From Candidatus Nanoarchaeia archaeon (GTDB lineage Bacteria > Patescibacteriota > Microgenomatia > Woykebacterales > RBG-16-39-9b), in the NCBI GenBank assembly GCA_036514715.1, contig DATBWR010000011.1:48102-112101 (forward strand): a stretch of DNA of 64,000 nucleotides, written 5' to 3'. A program made the translations under genes and the position numbers. The notes below the pieces were generated by a model. The model saw only the letters and a list, made by a program, of their open reading frames with translations. It searched no databases and was not told the DNA's origin. Numbering within the stretch: position 1 is the first letter of the stretch; every line of letters starts with the position of its first letter. Positions 58,271-64,000 of the stretch are shown piece after piece.

Positions 58271-58576
58271 TTAGTGAGCTGAAGGAGTGGCTGAAGAAGT
58301 AACCGGGGTCTTGGCCGCCGAAGAAGTTACAGTTTTACTGGTAACTACTTTCAGGTTTTCTTCCAAACCTTCGACACGGCTTTCCAAAGTTTGGATCCAA
58401 ATCCACATTCCAGCTACTACAATAATTGTTCCGGTCAATATCAAACCAACAGCTGCCAAAACCTTAGTTAGGTCAAAAGTAATTTTGAGCTCTTTTTTGG
58501 GCTCGAAAACAACTGTTTTGAGGGTTTCTTCTGGGTCTTGAGTTAGTGGTGGTGGTTCTTGGACAGTTTCGGGCAT
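58271..58576 (-). CDS. hypothetical single-TM protein
   Basis: One TM and S/T-rich tail; start uncertain. Confidence 0.55.
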   Translation of the reverse strand: MPETVQEPPPLTQDPEETLKTVVFEPKKELKITFDLTKVLAAVGLILTGTIIVVAGMWIWIQTLESRVEGLEENLKVVTSKTVTSSAAKTPVTSSATPSAH

Positions 58577-58608
58577 TGCCAAAAGTATAATTAATAGAAC
58601 GATACCAG

Positions 58609-58965
58609 TCAACTAATTTTCTTGGATAATTTTGATCTCATTGCTCTAAATGCTTTCCAAGCCAGTAAGGAAAGAGTATAGGCAACTCCAATTCCCACGA
58701 CCAAGATAACAACCCAACTTACCAATGCATCTATAGCAAAAATTCTTGTGTTTGGGAGAAGTGAGGAAAAATAATCTACCGCTAAACCTGGTAACCCAAG
58801 TGTAAGGTAGGCTATCTTTTCAAAAACTGACAGAGATTTGAAAATCCCAACAAAAGAATCGTATCCTTGGTCTAAACCAACAACAAACCCAGTGCTAAAC
58901 ACATAAACGTAACTTAAAATGAACCATGTTATGGAGAAGAGTACCAGAGGCTTGGATAATTTCAT
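58609..58965 (-). CDS. hypothetical membrane protein
   Basis: Hydrophobic ORF directly after ftsZ. Confidence 0.55.
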   Translation of the reverse strand: MKLSKPLVLFSITWFILSYVYVFSTGFVVGLDQGYDSFVGIFKSLSVFEKIAYLTLGLPGLAVDYFSSLLPNTRIFAIDALVSWVVILVVGIGVAYTLSLLAWKAFRAMRSKLSKKIS

Positions 58966-58973
58966 TTAAGTGC

Positions 58974-60044
58974 TTAGCGCTGCCGCATAAAGGCCGGGAC
59001 GTCGAATTCGTCTTGTTCTTCTTCGGTCGGAGGCTCCATAATCTCCGGCAAACTCTCAGCTGCTTCTCGTGCTTCAGTTGAACGCAATTTTTCCTCGGAA
59101 AAACCAGTAGCAATTACGGTAATTTTCACCTGGTCCATCATACCTTCGTCAATGGCTGCTCCAAAAATAATGTTGGCATCGGTATCAGCTGCCTGGGAAA
59201 TAATCTTGGCAGCTTCATCCACCTCATACATCGAAAGGTCCGGACCACCGGTAACATTAAAAAGTACCCCTTTAGCCCCCTCAATTGAAAGCTCTAGTAA
59301 CGGTGAAGAAATAGCGCTTCGGGCCGCGCTGGCTGATCGTCCCTCACCAGTACCAAAACCAATTCCCATCAGGGCGCTGCCTGCGTTGGTCATAATGGCG
59401 CGGACATCGGCAAAGTCAACGTTGATCAACCCCGGCATGACAATGATATCGGAAATTCCTTGTACTCCTTGACCTAAAACACTGTCAGCCACTTTGAAAG
59501 CTTCCAAAAGACTCATTTTCTTATCCACTACATCAAGAAGTCTTTGGTTGGGAATAACGATCATGGTGTCAACTTTGTCTTTGAGAGCTTCAACTCCTTC
59601 TTCGCCAACAATACGACGGTGAGCACCTTCAAAAGCAAAGGGTTTGGTAACCACTGCTACAGTTAATGCGCCACTTTTTCTTGATAAATCAGCAATTAGT
59701 GGGCAAGCACCAGTTCCTGTACCACCACCCATACCGCCGGTGACAAAAACCATGTCGGCATCAGTTACTATTACCTGCAATTTTTCCATTGATTCTTCGG
59801 CTGCCTTGCGACCAATTTCCGGATCTCCACCAGAACCTAGTCCGCGAGTGAGTTGCTCACCAATCTGAACTTTAGTAGGGGCTTGGCAAGTAAGAAGGGC
59901 TTGAGCATCGGTATTGACACCGATAAAATCGACCCCTTGGATCTGCTGTAAATTGATCATTGAGTTGAGGGCATTACAACCAGCTCCACCAACTCCGATC
60001 ACTTTGATCTTTGCAAAACGATTAACTTCAGGCTTAATTAACAT
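58974..60044 (-). CDS. ftsZ: cell division protein FtsZ
   Basis: [16 protein letters not shown] and C-terminal DVPAFMR. Confidence 0.99.
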   Translation of the reverse strand: MLIKPEVNRFAKIKVIGVGGAGCNALNSMINLQQIQGVDFIGVNTDAQALLTCQAPTKVQIGEQLTRGLGSGGDPEIGRKAAEESMEKLQVIVTDADMVFVTGGMGGGTGTGACPLIADLSRKSGALTVAVVTKPFAFEGAHRRIVGEEGVEALKDKVDTMIVIPNQRLLDVVDKKMSLLEAFKVADSVLGQGVQGISDIIVMPGLINVDFADVRAIMTNAGSALMGIGFGTGEGRSASAARSAISSPLLELSIEGAKGVLFNVTGGPDLSMYEVDEAAKIISQAADTDANIIFGAAIDEGMMDQVKITVIATGFSEEKLRSTEAREAAESLPEIMEPPTEEEQDEFDVPAFMRQR

Positions 60045-60108
60045 AGGAAAATCCTTTGTAGCAGGCAGAATACAACACTGGGAAGGTATGTGTCAAATTT
60101 TTATGTTT

Positions 60109-61389
60109 TTAGGGAAGAAAGGAACGGATCCAAGCAACGATTTTTTTGCCGAAATCGACAATTGTCCCGCCGCTCATTAAAGGTAAGCTCACGCCAGAGG
60201 AAACGGTGCTAAATTTGGAGCCATAGAGAATTACTCCAACTAAAGAAGCGTAGGCCGGTGAAGAAATTTCCTCAATTAAACCGGTAACCCCACTTGGGTA
60301 AGCAATTCTAACCGGCATGCGCAAAACTTCCTTACCAACTTGGGCAATACCAACAGTTTCGGCTGCCCCTCCAGTAACCACTAAACCGGATGGCAAGAGA
60401 CCAGCATAACCAGAACGCTTAATCTCCATACCCACCAAGGTAAAAATTTCCGTTAAACGCGGCTTGATAATACCGTCAATTAAGGTTTTCTTGGACAAAG
60501 TACCCAAGTCTTCGCCTAGAGATAAGTGGCCAGTTTCCAGAACATCTTTCTTACGAGTCTCGTGCTCTTCTTCACTTTCTGCCTCTTCCTTTTTCTTATT
60601 GACAAGAGAGAGCTCAAGTTTGATTTTCTCAGCATCTTCCAAGGAGCTGCGCAGACCAATGGCCAGGTCATTGGTAATGTTTCTACCACCGATGGGAATG
60701 ACTACTGAGTGAGCAATTGAACCGTCAACAAAGAGACTAACATCAGTTGTGCCCCCACCAATATCAACCAAGGCTACGCCAAGTTCTTTTTCAGTATCAG
60801 TAAGAGTACTTTCAGCTGAAGCCAACCCGGAAAAAACCAACCCCTCGACGTCAATGCCAACTTGTTGAATGCACTTGGCCAGGTTACGCATTGAAGTGGT
60901 TGCTCCGGAAATGATGTGGGTTTCCACCTCCAAGCGGATACCAGTCATACCAATTGGGTCTTTAATTCCTTCCTGGGAGTCCACAATGAAATCACGCGGT
61001 ACAACATGAATTATCTCCCGGGAGCTAGGTATGGAAATAGCACGGGCGGCTTCAGTTACCCTGCGGACATCTTCCTCGGCAATCTCGTTTTCCCCACCAG
61101 CCACTGCCACCACACCACGTGAGTTAACACTACTAATATGGGAGCCACCAACTACCACAAAGGCTGAGGAGATAGAAACACCAGCCATACGCTCGGCTGC
61201 TTCCACGCCTTCGCCGATTGCTTTTACTGCTTCGTCAATATCAACAACCTGCCCTTTTCGCAAACCCCGGGAAGGTACGTTGGAAACTCCAATAACAGTA
61301 AGCGCTCCTTCTTTGGAAAAACTAGCAATAAGGGTAGCAATTTTTACTGAACCAACGTCAATTCCAACGATAATTTTCTCTTTTGTCAC
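60109..61389 (-). CDS. ftsA: cell division protein FtsA
   Basis: GIDVGS, DIGGGTTD and VTGG. Confidence 0.97.
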   Translation of the reverse strand: MTKEKIIVGIDVGSVKIATLIASFSKEGALTVIGVSNVPSRGLRKGQVVDIDEAVKAIGEGVEAAERMAGVSISSAFVVVGGSHISSVNSRGVVAVAGGENEIAEEDVRRVTEAARAISIPSSREIIHVVPRDFIVDSQEGIKDPIGMTGIRLEVETHIISGATTSMRNLAKCIQQVGIDVEGLVFSGLASAESTLTDTEKELGVALVDIGGGTTDVSLFVDGSIAHSVVIPIGGRNITNDLAIGLRSSLEDAEKIKLELSLVNKKKEEAESEEEHETRKKDVLETGHLSLGEDLGTLSKKTLIDGIIKPRLTEIFTLVGMEIKRSGYAGLLPSGLVVTGGAAETVGIAQVGKEVLRMPVRIAYPSGVTGLIEEISSPAYASLVGVILYGSKFSTVSSGVSLPLMSGGTIVDFGKKIVAWIRSFLP

Positions 61390-61433
61390 TTATTCCTTTT
61401 TTGGGCAAAATTAGCTGTCTTTACCCTCAATTT

Positions 61434-61910
61434 TTAGTATTCAACAATAATCTTTTCGAAACGGAAATCAACTTTTTTTAGGTTCCTGTTTTCTATTTTA
61501 GCCTTCGTAGAAACAGTTTGTAAAGTCCTGACCTGTCCAGATAAATCTTTTTTTAAAGAAAAAATTACTAAAATATTGTTTTTAGAGGTGACTTCTAAGG
61601 AGTCATTACCAGACTCTCTAACCGAGCCAACTTCGAAAATTTTGTACTCGTCGATTAGATTTTTTACAAGAGTGCCACTGTCTTCAAAACTCTTGTTTTG
61701 CTCTAAAGTTACTGCTGGTTTTAATTTACCTAAAAAGTCAGAAAAAAGTTTTTCAAACGAGAAACCAGAGGCTAACAACAACCAAAAGGCAGTTCCACCA
61801 ATAACAACGACGATCAAGACAACCTCGAGTAACCTAAGTAGTTTTTCTTTCCAGGAAAACTTCTTCTTGATCTCAAAAACTGGAACACCCGGTCTAGGGT
61901 TTTTTAACAT
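61434..61910 (-). CDS. short FtsQ/DivIB-like protein
   Basis: Lies between murG and ftsA; one TM; C-terminal VDFRF. Confidence 0.5.
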   Translation of the reverse strand: MLKNPRPGVPVFEIKKKFSWKEKLLRLLEVVLIVVVIGGTAFWLLLASGFSFEKLFSDFLGKLKPAVTLEQNKSFEDSGTLVKNLIDEYKIFEVGSVRESGNDSLEVTSKNNILVIFSLKKDLSGQVRTLQTVSTKAKIENRNLKKVDFRFEKIIVEY

Positions 61911-61913
61911 AGT

Positions 61914-63017
61914 TTAAGAGGTGGTTAAAGCTACAACCTCTTTAGCCAAAGTTACCGCCGCGTTAAGCCGAAGGGCTTTTTTAGCCTTTTTGGCGCTCTC
62001 TCGGTAGGTCTTGTGATGCTCAATTACTAATCTTATGGCTGCAAGAAGTCGTTTCGGTGTGAGACGGTCTTGTGGCAAGATTACTGCCGCTCCTAGACCC
62101 TCGACTACTTCAGCGTTTTTCATTTGCTCATCACCTCCTGAGATCACCAAAGGGATAAAAACTGCTGGGATGCCTAACGCCATAGTTTCCACCACCGTGT
62201 TAGCCCCGGAACGACCCACTACTACGCTAGCACGAGATAAGATTTCGCTGGTCTCAGCAGTATCAAACCACTTAGAAACCTTGTAACGGTTTTGCAGTCT
62301 CTGTGGTAGCTGCCCTGCCAAAGCGTTGAGAGTCTCAAAATCTTTGTAAACTTCAGACCCTCCAGTCTGGTGACAAACTTCAAACTCGGAAAGTAAGTCT
62401 TTGAGAATTTCCAAAACCATCTCGTTGATGACGTGAGCTCCTTGGTTTCCCCCAGTAATGTAAACCACTGGTCGGGTAACCCTTTTCTTCTTCAAGTTAA
62501 GTAGCTCTTTACGGATCGGATTACCAACCAAAATTGCTTTTTCTTTTGGAAAAGCCTCAAGTGAGTGTTCCCAGGCCACGGCAATTTTCTTGGCAAAACG
62601 GGCGATTAAGCGGTTGGCCAGGCCCCCTTTGACAGTCTGCTCGTGGGTAATCACTGGAATACCTAAAACCCAAGCTGCCAAGACAACCGGAGCGGCAACG
62701 TAGCTACCAAAGGACAATACCGCGTTTGGCCTCTCTTGAGACAAAATACCTAATGCCTGCAAAAACCCAATTGGAACCTTGGCCAGCGCCCAAAGGGTAT
62801 AACGGGTAAAGGTTCGTTGCAGCCTACCAGCGTTGATGGCATAAAATTTAATTCCCAGGTTAGGAATTACCACTGATTCGGCCGAAGGAGTCTTATCACC
62901 TTCCATAGCCCTCGCCCTTCCAATAAAAATAATTTCTATTTCAGGGTATTTTTTTAACTCATCGATAGTCGCAATTGCCGGAGTAAGGTGGCCTCCGGTA
63001 ACAACAATTTTTCTCAT
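61914..63017 (-). CDS. murG: lipid II GlcNAc transferase
   Basis: TGGHLTP, HEQ, GNPIR, GRSGANT and QMKNA. Confidence 0.95.
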   Translation of the reverse strand: MRKIVVTGGHLTPAIATIDELKKYPEIEIIFIGRARAMEGDKTPSAESVVIPNLGIKFYAINAGRLQRTFTRYTLWALAKVPIGFLQALGILSQERPNAVLSFGSYVAAPVVLAAWVLGIPVITHEQTVKGGLANRLIARFAKKIAVAWEHSLEAFPKEKAILVGNPIRKELLNLKKKRVTRPVVYITGGNQGAHVINEMVLEILKDLLSEFEVCHQTGGSEVYKDFETLNALAGQLPQRLQNRYKVSKWFDTAETSEILSRASVVVGRSGANTVVETMALGIPAVFIPLVISGGDEQMKNAEVVEGLGAAVILPQDRLTPKRLLAAIRLVIEHHKTYRESAKKAKKALRLNAAVTLAKEVVALTTS

Positions 63018-63073
63018 TTTAGTCCAATGGTTCTACTAGTTTAACTTTGAGCTCCCTCAAACGCAAGAAATGC

Positions 63074-64000
63074 TTAGACGCTTGCTTCTTTACTGGTATT
63101 TTTGGAAAGGTTAAGAAGGATAGCAACTGCAAAAAAGACTGCCAAGAGCGAGCTACCTCCATAAGAAATCAGCGGCAAGGGTATTCCGGTCAGAGGCAAA
63201 AGAGAGACCATACCAGCTAAATTGATGAAAACCTGCAGCCCAATCCAAATTCCAATACCACAAGCGAGTAACTGTCCAAAACGGTCAGGGGTTCTTGAAG
63301 CGATCTTAAAGGCACGGAAAACAATAAAGAAAAGTAGGCTGATAAAAATTAAGGAACCGATAAAACCAAGTTCGTTGCCAATGACCGCAAAAATTGAGTC
63401 AGTGGTAACTTCGGGAATATAACCGTACTTCTGCCGTGATTGACCCAAACCAACTCCAAACCAACCTCCAGAACCTAGCGCGATTAAAATTTGGTTGATG
63501 TGGTAGGCAGCTCCAGTCGGGTCTGCATTAGGATTTATAAAACTCAAGAGTCTTTCTCGACGGTAATCTGAACTGAAAATAAAGGCTAAACCGGCAATTA
63601 AGCCTGCAGGGACCAGTAGTAAAAAATGCAAAATAGGTGCTCCAGATAAAAAATAGACAAGCAAACCGGTTAAACTAACCACCGCAGCAGTTCCCAAATC
63701 CCTTTGGAAGATTAAAACAGTAATAAGAAGAGCGGTAAGAGTTACGAACGGCCAAAATCTTACTTTTTTGGTCAGGAAAGCGGCTAAATAAATGATGTAG
63801 GCTAGTTTTACAAACTCAGCCGGTTGGATCGAGAAAAGATCGCCAACTCCAATCCACCGTTGCGCTCCATAAATTTTTAAGCCAATGCCAGGAATAAAGA
63901 CTGCCAAAAGCAGACCGATCGCAAAGACCATGATTAACGGACCGAGTTTCTCCCAAAATTTATAGCTAAATTTGTAAACAATAAAGGCTAGAACCGCCCC
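63074..64000 (-). CDS. ftsW: FtsW SEDS protein (5' end outside window)
   Basis: QPAEFVK, GLGQSRQK, PEVTTDSIF and PLISYGGSS; upstream of murG. Confidence 0.92.
   Translation of the reverse strand, partial: GAVLAFIVYKFSYKFWEKLGPLIMVFAIGLLLAVFIPGIGLKIYGAQRWIGVGDLFSIQPAEFVKLAYIIYLAAFLTKKVRFWPFVTLTALLITVLIFQRDLGTAAVVSLTGLLVYFLSGAPILHFLLLVPAGLIAGLAFIFSSDYRRERLLSFINPNADPTGAAYHINQILIALGSGGWFGVGLGQSRQKYGYIPEVTTDSIFAVIGNELGFIGSLIFISLLFFIVFRAFKIASRTPDRFGQLLACGIGIWIGLQVFINLAGMVSLLPLTGIPLPLISYGGSSLLAVFFAVAILLNLSKNTSKEASV

Overview
A 64-kb bacterial chromosomal window. Gene content and style suggest a CPR/Patescibacteria (Microgenomates-like) genome; this is inference, not a database result. The housekeeping backbone comprises hppA, rnhB-rplS, a Klenow-like family A polymerase, gatCAB, htpX-lemA, polX, pyrE and a frameshifted pyrF, purMN, lepB, parB, rpmA-rplU, rodA, ileS, pyrG and ftsW-murG-(ftsQ-like)-ftsA-ftsZ, plus five tRNAs (Lys-UUU, Asp-GUC, Gly-CCC, Thr-CGU, Val-CAC) and a SAM-I/IV-type riboswitch. 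The standout is a ~14.7-kb minus-strand cell-surface locus (17035-31703). It holds four paralogous secreted proteins built from one unfamiliar ~80-90-aa Asn/Gly/Asp-rich repeat (GNGxxSxN...NTGxNxAxxNxG...IxTGDA) in 1, 2, 4 and 5 copies with different C-termini (none, LPXTG, short hydrophobic tail, TM anchor). Next to them are a SipW/TasA module (a TasA-like gene, a SipW fused to its own SipW-type substrate, a TasA-RTX fusion), a collagen-like protein, a subtilase and a CAP protein. A shared palindromic promoter links the repeat and TasA modules. I propose it as a candidate undescribed beta-solenoid/amyloid-like fibre or matrix system. Other oddities: a GC-richer TelA/XpaC-like/SPFH-like operon beside a tRNA-Lys with an interrupted 3'-half duplicate, a divergent serpin-like protein, a degenerate PEP synthase, a GXHH-motif IleRS2, a TA pair flanked by direct repeats, and several candidate structured ncRNAs. 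All calls are by eye; no searches were run.
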